Shown here piece by piece: positions 10,415-22,221 of a stretch of DNA of 64,000 nucleotides. Source of the DNA: Callorhinchus milii (Eukaryota); the NCBI RefSeq assembly GCF_018977255.1, contig NW_024704873.1, positions 62,001-126,000 on the forward strand, given 5' to 3'. Within the stretch, counting starts at the first letter, position 1, and each line of letters begins with the position of its first letter. The notes under the pieces are model-generated. The model did no database searches and was not told the DNA's origin. It saw only the letters and a program-made list of their open reading frames with translations. Made by a program: the position numbers and the translations under genes.

Positions 10415-12924
10415 GGGCTGGGGGACTTCCTGGTGTTGCTGCTGGGTGGGGGCTGGAGGTGTCCTCGCACAGTCACAGCTACGTGCAAAAGCATTCGCTA
10501 AATAAATAAATAAAACTAATTGACCAGAGTCACTCATTGGCCACGGTCACTAATTGCAGCTTCTACCGGAGCTGGAGTAAATGCAACTTGGCATGAGAGG
10601 AGTCAAAGGGCAGGCTGAACACAGAGCAAGGGGTTGTGTTAGAGTAGTGGCTCTGCACGCAAAGCGACCAGACCAGGCGGTCAGGGAATAGCACGCTCTG
10701 GCTTTCAGGAGTAGAACTCACACACACACACACTGTGCTGTTATGTGCCGCATCACCATATACCTGGCAGTGCAGACCGATGGCGAGGTTGGAAAATGGG
10801 CGCGCTAAACGATATTTTGGGTGTCAGCTCTTCCACGTAATTATTTTAGAAAATATATAATTAAGAAGAGAATCATGCTCATGGCGTGCCACGTTCTTTT
10901 TATATGAATTTTTACGTACATTTACTATGGAATTGTTTTTTGCATTTCTGTACACAATCACTTGAATACATTTACACGTGGCAAAAACCATTGGGGATTG
11001 CTTAGAAATACTCCTTGTTATGTCACAGAATGCGCGAGATATATACAAAAAGGTTTAGTTATTCAAATTGTAGCCAGCTGTACTTTATTATTTTTTTCCA
11101 AAGATGAGACATTCTTGAAACCGTTATCTGCAGTACAACTGATAATAGGGTTACAAACTCTAACCAAAACTCTTGTTATCCAAAGATGTGTTGTTGTTGC
11201 TTCTCTTTATTTTCCAAACCACAACAGCCAGGGAATGTATCAATAGAGATAAGAGACGTCTATCACACGTACACTACGTTCCATGTTTTACATCAACAAT
11301 AGGCAAATTTAATTATAATAAATGGCTTTTAGTGTCTGTGTGTGCCTGACAATAACGAATGTGGCTTAATTATTTACATTTTACCAATGCATTGTAAAAC
11401 AGCCTTCAATTCTTTGGTCTTTCATCGTTGGTACGGATAAGCGTCCTAACCTGCGACACTTCTAATGTAAGTCTTCTCTGTGTTGTGCAACCTTCTATCC
11501 ATTCATGAGTTCTTGTCCACAAATAATCAGAATTGGAGAAACATACTTTAGCATTTGCTCATGGAGAATAAACTTTTTTTGTGGTTGTAGCAACTGCGTG
11601 AAAAGGCGCGAGAGTGGAGGGGCTGAGTGCTTATCCAAGGTTACCTGACAAAATAAAAATTGTCCGCTGCGTGTACAGAGCACATCAATTAGGAAGCATT
11701 GTCAGGCCTTTCAAGATCTCTCAAGCACAACCATCTGTTGCATTCACCGCGTAAGCTATTCATGTACGTATCCAATGAAGCTCCGAGCAAGTGGAGCGAA
11801 GTGTCCGGGACGTTATGCTGAAGAACACGCGACGCACCGCAAAAAAACAACACCGGGGGAGCATTTCCTTGCACATCGCCGCATTTTCTTTTCAACTTTA
11901 ATCCCCCGATGTTCCCCATATTTGCAGTCGAGCAAACTCATCTTGCGACGCAACCGCCCTGCGACTGACCAACTGAGCGTGCGTTGCAGCTTCGTTCAAT
12001 GGTCAACATCCACGGCTCTGTTTAGGAGGGAACAGGGAGGCGATTTGGGATGGAGAAGAGGGGCAGGGAGGTGGTGGGGTGTTGATCTGGTGACTTGACA
12101 TGATGTACGAATCTCAACAGTTGCATACCACAGACGTGCCGCCACAGTAAATCATAGGGGCTTTATCATCGCAATTCTAAGAGCAAGGAGGGGACAAAGC
12201 TCTGCCTTGTTTCACTTTGGAACATCTTCCATTAGTGTCCCCACCCACATCTGGATTATAAATATTTTGACTATAGTAGATAGCAACTCATCTTTATTAA
12301 AAAAAAAAAACTATAGACTTAGCGATGAGACCAGGCTTCACACAATAATGTTGCGTGGGAGAGAGAAAAATGTTTTATACCTTCAACTGGAAGATTACTG
12401 TGTCGGGCTTCGGATCCAAGGCAGCTCACATGGAGATATTCGTTCCAATGATGGCTCTTTTATGGTAAATGATTACTCTTTCCCAAAATAGTGCAACACG
12501 TTTGGTATGAGTGCCTGTGAATTGCAGCATTTGTCAACACACGTGACATTTTACACGTACAAATCTGCACAGAGTGGTGGAGCAGTGGTTGTCGCACTGC
12601 GCTGTGAACCCAGCAAACTGAGTTTGGTTCTGACACACGGCCTAACATCAGTGGCGGAATGATATAAGGACCAGTTCTGGGTCCTCTTGCCTTTACCCAC
12701 TCACAATTACCAGCGTGGTGAAGTATGGTCACACAACCCCCACTTCGACACAGCATGAAGAGGCCATTATCCCACAGTGGATTGACAAAGGCTGTAAATT
12801 ATTGTTGTTGCCTTCACAATAAATCTTTAACCTACTGTGTAACGTGCTTTGTTTAACCTAAACGATATCTCGTGTGAATTCTAAACAATATGTAGTACAA
12901 TACAGAAGAAAAAGTGTGCACAAG

Positions 12925-13350
12925 AATGTATGTATGTTTTTTAACTTATTTCGCACCGTACGAGCTAACCATGCGAATCGGAGGTGCGGGGTAAGGACAA
13001 TAACCTAAACACAAAAAATATGAGTTTGTTAATCTAGATTATCTAAAAGTGCATATCCCAGTTGCTTCCTAATATCGGAAGGAAGAGCGTTCCAGGCGGC
13101 CGCAGAAGTGCATCTGAAAGCGCGCGACCGCCTGTGTTCGGTGGCCAGCCAAAGATCGCTGCGAGAGTAACAGGCTCTTATATTGTTGTGTTCAATTTGA
13201 GTTCACCGTAGCGTGACGGAGCGCCTCTGAATCTATGGTGCCACGACGATGGAAAATATTGCAGAGAGGGGAGGTGAAAAATCGTGGAAATATTGATTAC
13301 CGTGAATCGTTTAGTTTTTGTTCCAAATTAAACGGCACTTAAATTGTGCG
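12925..13350 (-). mobile_element. L2-clade LINE 3' end
   Basis: Carries the recurrent tail CCCCGCACCTCCGATT..ACGGTGCGAAA(G/T)AAGTT..CATAC plus decayed ORF2 C-terminus (AAWNALPS.IR). Tail also at ~20461, 26150, 30385, 31145, 46050, 50725, 53215, 54960 and 57880. Confidence 0.6.
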
Positions 13351-13744
13351 GAAAATCCATACTTTCCACAGCAAGTGCCGCAGTGTCCCCTCAGCGGCTG
13401 TTACAAGAGGCCCCTCAGCCGTTGAAGTCCGGCCCAGTCCACACAGCCACTTCACGCACGGCACGAGTCAGCTAGGAGCCGGGATGATGATGCAGCCAGC
13501 CCCCCCTCCCCTCCTCCGGAGCCCTCGTGAGGGCCACGACCGTCCGCGACGCGTAATTGCCATCGTGAGAAGAGCACGAGAGTTCATCGCACTTGAAGGT
13601 GGAACACATTTAGAACGCTGTTACATTTGAAAAAAGCGACGAGTGGCATCGGCGCAAGTTGCTTGTCGAACGTTTTCAAGAAAATTGCCTGTAAATTTGA
13701 ACACAATGTTGTTGATTACCTGTTACTTTCAGCATGCAGTTAGC

Positions 13745-14027
13745 CCAGACAAAGATTCACCATGTATCCTCAGCAAATGTTTGGGGAAAGTGCTGTTAGC
13801 GAGCGCTTATTAAGGCTGGCAGGGTGCACGAGGGGGTGGGTGGCCAGCACTACACAAGTGGAAATGTTTACACAAAACTCCAGGTGCTCATTTTAAGCTG
13901 AGTCGATCTATTAGAGGCCCAGGACCGGTTCAGATAATCGTCGCTGATGTTGGCTGCCGAAAGCGGGAATTTAACTCAGGTGGCCGGGTTTGTTGCACAG
14001 TACACTAACCGCTACACTATCGCTCCC
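13745..14027 (-). mobile_element. tRNA-derived SINE (family B)
   Basis: Colinear with 842-1124; includes the B-box region. Confidence 0.65.
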
Positions 14028-14454
14028 ACACCAGAAAACACACACAACACGAGCATGTGCCTGCAACGGGCAGTGGCCACTTCATCTGCGGTCAAAGTCA
14101 CCCTGGCACTGGCGTAGGTTCACCTCGTAATAGCTGTGCAGCTCGAAAGGTCAGACAAGGTGTGATCCAGAAACTTTCCTTGATCTGCAATGTAATGGGC
14201 CTAGGAAGGACCGCCAAACTTGTGAATACGCTCGTACGTGTCCTGGGAAAGCAGCGTCATACAAGCGTCCTGCCTGCCACCCCGAGGAGGGTGAACACCT
14301 TCCGCTGCGTTGTCTGAATACAGATTAGTTCACCAATGGCAGATGTTATAGAATCTTCTAGTTTTATGCAAATGTTACAACAAGCATCTCAAGTCTAAAG
14401 TCAGAGCGTTCTCCTGCTGAAATGAGCATGGAAGCAGCAGTACTCATCTTCTGT

Positions 14455-14625
14455 TTACATCCCTAAGCCAGTGGTGGAAATTCCGCATTTCTATGGCGTG
14501 GACGAGCCTACCTATAGAGCGACCACTGTTGACTTCCGTAGGGATGATGGATTGAGTCAACCACCAATCAGAATTTGAACTTGCGACCTTCCAACTGTGA
14601 ATCACTCGCTCTGCTGCTGAGCCAC
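14455..14625 (-). mobile_element. tRNA-derived SINE (family A), partial
   Basis: Shares AGCCAGTGGTGGAAATTCC...GGATGATGG.TGAGT with 8635-8850. Confidence 0.55.
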
Positions 14626-15534
14626 CTAACAGGTCTGAGCCAACGTAACATTTGTTTACGTAATGTTTGCTCTCTTCAATGCCTTTTACAAACACTATCA
14701 CCAGACAGAGGAGTTAAATTAGGAATCAGAATATTTATTTGTACTGAAGGAATCCGATAAGCTATAAAGCTTCTTTTTCACACATGTCCAGTCGGGGGGG
14801 AGGGGGGGGGAGAACGTTACGACAACAAACATTACAAAACACGATAGGTGTGCAAAGTACAAAAAAGGTAAACACATCTCCCAAAAACATATAACTAAAA
14901 TAGTTCAGGCACTTGGCATGAAATGGATATGAACCGACATTTACAATTGGTTACGCTAGTGAAGCAAGGCACTGTCGATCTTTGCAGAAACTCCTTCCCG
15001 AGCGCGTCAAACATGCACACACTGGCTCACCAGGAGAAGTTCACTAATTGCCATTTGTTTCCATCTGTAGGGGGATAGAGCATTGCCGCTTTGCTTTGGC
15101 GGGTTTCCTCCGGGTGCTCCGGTTTCCTCCCACACGTATAAGCACTCATCACTAATTGTCTGAAAGCATCTTAAATATCTAAACCTAATGCAGGACCCAA
15201 TGGAAAAATAATCATTGGGCTCAGCATGGCTTTGATGGATAAATAAGGATTAATTGTATTTTTATAATACCAAAACTGATCATGCTGAGACTGTGTATAT
15301 GATTTACACTTCTGCCTCAAGCATTATGGCTGTATCTCGTACATACAGTATTTGGTATGTGTTTAACTCATTACACATTCATATCGTATTTGATGATGAC
15401 CCCACTAGAGGTGGGGAAGGTGTGGGGTGGGGTGATGGGGAGGGGGGGAGGGGCAATGGAGCACTGAACCTCTCGCCCTTATTCCTGAAATGAACTCTCC
15501 AACTGAACAGGTCAAACAAAAAACAACTTAACTA

Positions 15535-15822
15535 TTTTTTATTTTACCACGTAAAGCCCACTGAGCTATAAGCTCTTTTTCTCTAATCTGGCCACAAATA
15601 ATACCTCGACGAAGTGGCTCATGATGTGGACATTGACAGCGGCCAAATACTCTAAACGCACGTTGATTTTAAATGTGGAGAAGAAACTGGAGGGTCCCCA
15701 AAAGAAATACACGCGACCACGGAGAGAACCCGCACACTCCAGATATACAGCAGCAGGCGTCAGGGTCGGGATCGAACCCACGACCTTCTGTATACCTGGC
15801 GAGGCAGGTAACATCTCCCATT
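15535..15822 (-). mobile_element. tRNA-derived SINE with V-domain-like core (family C)
   Basis: Minus strand has GGGTTCGATCCC B box, then GGAGTGTGCGGGTTCTCTCCGTGGTCGCGTG..CTCCAGTTTCTTCTCCACA. Copies at 21490-21745 (+) and 33665-33968 (-). Confidence 0.65.
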
Positions 15823-17889
15823 AGCAGCTGCCGGCAGCTTGGTTGCCTGGAGCCGGTCACAGGGGATTGTCTTACTCCGCACACAGAGCGTCTTGTGCTG
15901 CACGCACGGTGCCTCGGGGGATGAATATGCGAGCCGAGGTTTTCTCCATCCACTCGTTGATTTTGGGAAGCGATCGGCTCCCTTCAAGCACTCATCCACG
16001 TGGCTGTTTATTCACGTGTTGCTTGTAATGTGACCGCAAAATGGCATTTTATTTTTGGTTTGGCAATTTTATTTCATTCCCATATCTTGCATGGAAATAT
16101 ATACGAATGTAAACAACTTTACTGTTGTTATTGGTGTCCTCTGAAAAAGTGTACAATCTCTTGCCGGGGCGTAATTTGAAAGATAATACTCTCCAATTAT
16201 AATTAGTGCACAGCCATAAATGTGATAATGTGATACAAAAAAACGTGTTCAAACCCAAACAAAGCTGCACTGACCTCTGTTTAAAGCTGATATTCTTAAT
16301 GTCAAACGCTCTGAGAACGAGCCCAAGGCATCGCAACCCAAACAGCATCGATCTACATTGCGATCGAACTCACAACCATTAGGCTCTGCAGTTAAATTAC
16401 TTAATGTTGCATAATTGTGATTTTGCTTATAACTAAAAATTATCAGGTGACTTAATAATAATCTGCATAAGGATACAATAAGACAATGAAGGAAAACAGT
16501 GACTAATGCTCGTAATGTATGTCACTTATAATCGTAGTAAAACATTCAAAGTGTTATTTATTTTCTTAAAAGGTGTGTTATTATCATGGGACCTTTAATT
16601 GCCGGTATCAAAGTTTGAAAAATAAGAATAGGTTTTACACTTTCTGGCAAAAAAAAACAGTTGTTAAGATGTTTAAACGCCAAATAGAAATCTTTTTCAA
16701 GGAATCAAGTCTGCATTGACCACACGTGCTTGTGGTGAACATGCAAACAAGCATGCTCTGATGATATATGCATTCTTTGAAACTGATTAGCCTGCACCAG
16801 AGACAGCTTTCTCCTTGACAGACAATGCATCTTCTTTTTTTTCTTTATATAAAAGTCTCCGCGCGCTCGCGCTTACGGGGGATTTGGCTCTCGGACGGTG
16901 GGGTTTAAGACCGAAATAATTTGCCGGGCGGCACGCCCTAAGCCCCGTGGTGGGAATAGGCTATTCCGTTTTCCCGTCCGTAAACTTTAAAGTAGTTTAA
17001 TTAACAGATTTGTGACGTTTCTATTATTCATTATTTACTTATTGCACGACATCGACCGTACCAAGTGACGCCAATTGCGTGGGGGGGCGGACCCTACCAA
17101 GTCATGCGCCTTGGCTCCAGCTCACGGTGGACATTTTCTTTTACGCGTTTTACAGCCAACACATACACACATCACGCTGCGGATATTTATTCACAGTGTC
17201 ATGTCCTCTTCGCGCCCCCCCCCCCAACACGATGCGTCCAGTTTATACTACAGACTCCGTAGATAATAATATTTTACTGCTTACATAGCATTGTTCTTGC
17301 ACGGGCAGGGGATGCTGGGGAGGGGGGGGGTAGCGGCCCAGCCCCTAGCCTGGCAACGTGCCAACTCCGCCGCCTCGCCAATGTAGGCCAGGACGGGGGC
17401 TACGCATGGCACAAGGCCTCAACACGCCTATGGTAAGTACAAAGTTCCTTGCTTCTTACGCTAACAACTCAAGTCAATTGTTTACTATTGTTAAACACAT
17501 TAGTTCACAAACATTACAATCATAATGTTTGTGCGCAGATCAAAACTCAGCTTCATTGTTCAACATTATGAAACAAGTTCACAGATGTTACAATAATTAT
17601 CTTTGTGTGAAGATAACTCAGGTTCATTGTTTACCATTATGAAACAAGTTGACATGTTACAATAATTATGTGTGTGTACACGAAACTCTTTTTGGATTTT
17701 TGGGTTGCTCAATTTCCCCTTTTTTTGCTGCGCTTTTAAAATGCTGCCACGGTCTACTGGCAGTCTGTGATTCCTGCTTATTTCTTAAATGCATTTCTAT
17801 TGTTTCCATCGCTCGCGTCACTCTATTTACTCATACGTAGTACTGCGATACTGATAGCTGTGCCATCATCGGGGATTGCTGTGCCCGTC

Positions 17890-18890
17890 GATGTGTGTTT
17901 GTGAGTCCATGTGTGTGTCTTTGAGTCCATATGTGTGTGAGTCCATGTGTGTCTTTGAGTCCATGTGTGTGTGAGTCCATGTGTGTGTGAGTCCATGTGT
18001 GTGTGAGTCCATGTGTGTGTGAGTCCATGTGTGTGTGAGTCCATGTGGGTGTCTTTGAGTCCATATGTGTGTGAGTCCATATGTGTGTGAGTCCATGTGT
18101 GTGTGAGTCCATGTGTGTGAGTCCATGTGTGTGCGTGTAGAGCCATGCGTGTCTTTAACTCCATGTGGGTGTCTTTTTCGAACGGACAACGTCAAAGTGT
18201 TTATGTGTGTGTGTTAGTCCATGTGTGTGTGTCAGTCGATCTGTGTGCGTGTACGTCGATGTATGTGTGTAGGTCAATGCGTCTGTGTGTGAGTCCATAT
18301 GTGTGTTAATCCATGTCTGTGTATCTAAAGTAGATATCTGTGTCACAGTCCATATGTGTATGTGTGTGTAGGGCTATGTGTGTGTCAGTCTATGTATGTG
18401 TAAGTTCATGTGTGTGTGTCTTAGTCCATATGTGTGTGTGTAAGTACATATGTGTTTACGTCAATGTGTATTTTAGTCCACGTATTGCTGTGTGCGAGTC
18501 GGTGTGTGTGTGAGTCGCTCTATGTGTGTACGTCCATATATGCGTGTGCAACTCCATGTGTGTATATCTCAAGTGGATGTCTGTGTGACAGTCCACATGT
18601 GTATGTGTGTACGGCAATGTGTGTATCACTCTATGTATGTGTCGCTGTATGTGTGTACGTCGATATGTGTGTGTAACTCCATGTGTGTGTATCTCAAGTG
18701 CATGTCTATGTATGTGTGAGTCCATATGTGTGTGTCTGTAAGTCGATGTGTTTGTGTGTGTCAGTCCATATGTGTGTGTGTGTCTCAGTCCATGTGCGTG
18801 TGTGTTAGTCGCTGTGTGTGCATGCCTCCATGTTAGTCAGTGTAACTCCATTTCTTTGCGTGTCTGTAGGTCCATGTGTGCATCTTAGTC
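17890..18890 (+). repeat. (TG)-rich satellite, unit ~GAGTCCATGTGTGTGT, progressively degenerate
   Basis: Directly visible; resumes at 20181-20265 after the RTE insertion. Confidence 0.9.
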
Positions 18891-20181
18891 CATGCGTGTG
18901 CTTTATTGACCTGCTCAAGGCCTATGATACCATCAGTAGGCCTGGCCTCTGGGTTGCTCTTCGTGCTTTCCGAGTCCCGAACCCACTCATCACCATCCTT
19001 AAGGACCTTCATGATGGTGTGCCTGTACCGGAAGAATTCCCATCTGCTACAGATACAATGGGAGGCTGATCGATGCCCGGGTGCGGTCAAGGGATGGCTC
19101 CCTATTGCTCAACCACGTTATGTATGCCGATGATCTGCTAATGGCTGCTCACTCGGAGGAGGAGTTCGAGGTGCTGCTGCTGAACCTGGAGCTTGCCACC
19201 AACAGGTGGGGCCTTACCATCAGCCCAACCAAAGCTAAGCACCTGCCTGGCTATTTTGTACCATCGGACACTCCACCCCCACAACTCCCAATTGGTGATG
19301 GGGCAGTTGTGGAGACAGTGGAGAGTTTCCCTGGGCAGTGTGCTAATGACCGGCTCCGGTTTAACAGCAGAGGTCTCACTCCGAATCAGTCGAGCTGCAG
19401 TATCTTTTCATTGGCTGCGTAACGCTGTGTGGAAGCTACCTGGTCTATCACTCCGTACGAAGCTTCAGGTCTTCTCGGCCACGGTCATTCCCTCCCTTCT
19501 CTACGCTTGCGAAACTTGGACCCCCTAATGGAACATCTTCGCCGGTTAGAAACATTTAGGCTGGCCTGCCTACGATCCATCCTGGGTTTAACCAGGCTGC
19601 ATTGTGTGAGGAGCTCACAAATCCTTGAAAGATGTGGACAAAGTCCCATCGGTGACCTCCGGCAGGCAAGGCTGCGTTGCCTGAGTCATGTAGCCCGCAT
19701 GGCCAGCCACCGCATGCCTAAACAGCTTTTGTTCCGCCGGATCGAGGGGCTAAACGGGCGCGGCACGGGCTGGAGAAGACATGGAGTGATGTGCTACAGG
19801 AGGACTTGGAGCTGAGTCCACTTGCGGATGACTGGTACCAGCCGTGTCAAGATCGGCCACTGTGGAGGAGGCTCCTGAAGGACGCTACTGGACAGTTGGA
19901 GGCAGTCACCCTCCAACAACAACGGAGGGCGGAGGAGCGACGCTCACAACAACGAGTGGAGCGCCGGGTGGCTAAAGCACAGAAAGTTGCCACAGTAGGG
20001 GCCACAGGTGGTGCATCAGCCAGTCGTCTCAGTCAGTCGACCTGTGACATCTGGGTTTGCCCCGTGACCTCTTGCCAGCGGGTGTTCGACACTTCACGTG
20101 GCCTCAAGGTGCACATAGCCTGGCACAAGCATTGTTGTGACGTCACCGCCACTTAGTGGCGAATGGCGGTTGTTGTTGTTC
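18890..20181 (+). mobile_element. 5'-truncated RTE-clade LINE; frameshifted RT pseudogene with C-terminal C2H2 finger
   Basis: Peptides CFIDLLKAYDTI, MYADD, LLYACETWT, RLRCLSHVARM..RMPKQLLF and CPVTSCQRVFDTSRGLKVHIAWH in shifting frames; (GTT)n tail. Confidence 0.92.
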
Positions 20182-20594
20182 AGTCTATGTATGTATGTGT
20201 GAGTCCATTTGTGCGTGTAACTCTATGTGTGTGTATCAATGGATTTGCGTGTGTAACTACATGTGTCTGCCTTTTTCGCTCGGGCAACGCCGGGTACTAA
20301 CCGCTAGTATATTATAATCAGAGGACGTTTGTGTTTCACTTTCACCACAAGCACGTGTGGTTAATGCATATTGAATTCTTGAAAAAGTTTCTATCTGGCG
20401 TTTGAACATCTTAACGCCTGTTTTTTGCCAGAAAGGATAAAACCTATTCTTATTTTTTCATACATCGAACTTCTTTCGCACCGTACGTAGCCCACCACGC
20501 TAATCGTAGGTGCAGATAATATATGAGTTTTGATGCGACACACACACGAGCAGAGAGACACGGAGATTCTGGGGCACTCGCTGTGTTTAAAGCA

Positions 20595-20733
20595 CAGCTG
20601 TGTTGCGATCAAAACGTTGCAGTTTTTTTTATTATTATTTTTTGTTATTTTCTTTGAACCTATCTACGTGACTTTACCGAAATACTCAAATAATATTTAT
20701 TCCTGCAGTCACGAAAGCTTTAAGTCAAGATTG
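20595..20733 (+). mobile_element. PLE 3' tail remnant with half hammerhead
   Basis: TGTGTTGCGATCAAAACGTTG, then T-rich tract and TACGTGACTTTACCGAAA..TTCCTGCAGTCACGAAAGCTTTAAGTCAAGATT. Confidence 0.7.
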
Positions 20734-21489
20734 TGTTATTTCTGTTTCCTTGTGCCCATTTGAAGACACCCCAAAAAAGACACTGTGCTTGGTCAAACGT
20801 TACGTGATAGCACGATGCTGAACGCCAATCCGTAAAGGTGTTCAGATCGATGCTTTCATTGCACATAGTTGCTGCGCTCCTCACCGTAGCCATGATAGCC
20901 TTGAGGCTCAACATACGAGGTGACGTGACTTCAAAATGTTGTCGGACACAATGAGCCGACGAACTCCGTTGTGTGCGTTCTGCGCGATGCTGTGCAGCGT
21001 GCAGGAATGTTCCGCGTGCGCGGCAGTGCAGGAGCTACTCGCGCGGTAGCCTCCACTTTGCTCTACCATTTTAGGCGACTCAACAAGGTGTCACCATGAG
21101 TCTGGACTTAGAGGGGAAACACACAGCGCTGTGTTATTGGCTCGCGGTCTGGATGCAGTCTGTTCAATTCAACAGCGAACTCCCTCTGACTCCCATTCCC
21201 TCCGAGTAGAATGATCTCGACTCGTTCTTCCTTACTCAGATATATCTTGGGCCTGCAGAAACAAACATATATATTGCCTAGTTATTTTTCCCTGTGATTC
21301 CAGACCTATGGGCCACCCTGTAGTTTGATATCGTGCCACCCACATCAAGTGAACAAAGGGGGGAGTCCCCATGCTTGACGAGTTGTGGGGCAGTGCTCGT
21401 CTCGTTTGGCGGCCGTGACTTCTCAATGGGAATGCCACAGTGCCATTGCACAACTCAGCTCGACCATTGAATATTTTATTGTATTGATC

Positions 21490-21745
21490 ATGGGGCGCCA
21501 CGGTGGCGAGATGTTAACTACCTCGCCTGGTATACAGGTGGTGTGGGTGGATCCCGACCCTGACGCCTGCTGTATATTTGGAGTCTGCATCTCTCTCCCC
21601 ATGGTCTCCGTGTCCTCAGGTTTTTTCCCTCCACATTTAGAGTCAACATCACACGTTTAGAGGATATACATTTCAACATGATAAGCCGCTTCGTTGAGCT
21701 ATACAGCTCGGTGAGCCTTACCTGGTAAAATTAAATAAAAATGTA
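21490..21745 (+). mobile_element. tRNA-derived SINE (family C)
   Basis: Reverse-complement match to 15535-15822 and 33665-33968. Confidence 0.65.
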
Positions 21746-21921
21746 GTTTAGTTAAAAATTGATGGGCTCAGTTAATCTCCAGTGTGGTTACAGGAAAAGG
21801 TAAATGTGCAGCCCTGAAATGTCCTGCTCGTGCCAATGCTGACAGAAGGGCTTCAATGAGTGGGAGCGCTGGAGAGAAACTCAAAATGGTACTTTAGCCT
21901 AACTTTTTCATGCTGGTCAGA

Positions 21922-22221
21922 CATATATATAAAAAAGTCAAAAATTGTGGGTTTGTGGCTTTGCGGGTTTGTTTGTGGTCGCTCGATTGGCTTTCCAACG
22001 GTGGGGTTTATGTGGAAAAAAAATAGCCAGACACTACGCCCTAAGCCTCGCGGTCAGCAAGCGGTCGGTATGCACTGCTGTAATCATAGCAGGTACCACC
22101 ACAGTATGCACTGCTATCATCCTAGCAAGTACCACCACAGTCAGTACGCACTGCTGTTACATTTTTAAGAGTAGCTTTGAAACATTTTAAGACCCGGGCA
22201 ACGCCAGGTACTTCCTGCTAG
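21922..22221 (+). mobile_element. Short non-autonomous Helitron (~300 bp)
   Basis: 5' (AT)nAAAAAAG; internal ACGGTGGGGTTTA..ACGCCCTAAGCC shared with 16895-16945; 3' CCCGGGCAACGCCAGGTAC..CTAG|T. Confidence 0.7.

Larger units (their letters stand above)
16830..20307 (+). mobile_element. Non-autonomous Helitron carrying tandem repeats and a nested RTE
   Basis: 5' A|TC..TCTTTATATAAAAG (start 16830 or 16842); 3' hairpin CGGGCAACGCCGGG followed by CTAG|T at 20304-20308. Both ends resemble the short copy at 21922-22221. Confidence 0.7.
16585..20463. mobile_element. Fold-back/MITE-like element with ~150-bp inverted arms, split by a Helitron
   Basis: ~16615-16770 is the reverse complement of ~20310-20463. 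Same family at 42250-42975. Confidence 0.55.

Noticed and set aside
9655-10537. 279-aa and 269-aa ORFs with PLHLPSSPALFTC repeats
   Set aside because: Artefact of a stop-free 13-bp minisatellite; all minus frames give the same peptide.
17823-18725. His/Thr- and Cys/Val-rich ORFs
   Set aside because: Translations of the (TG)n satellite.
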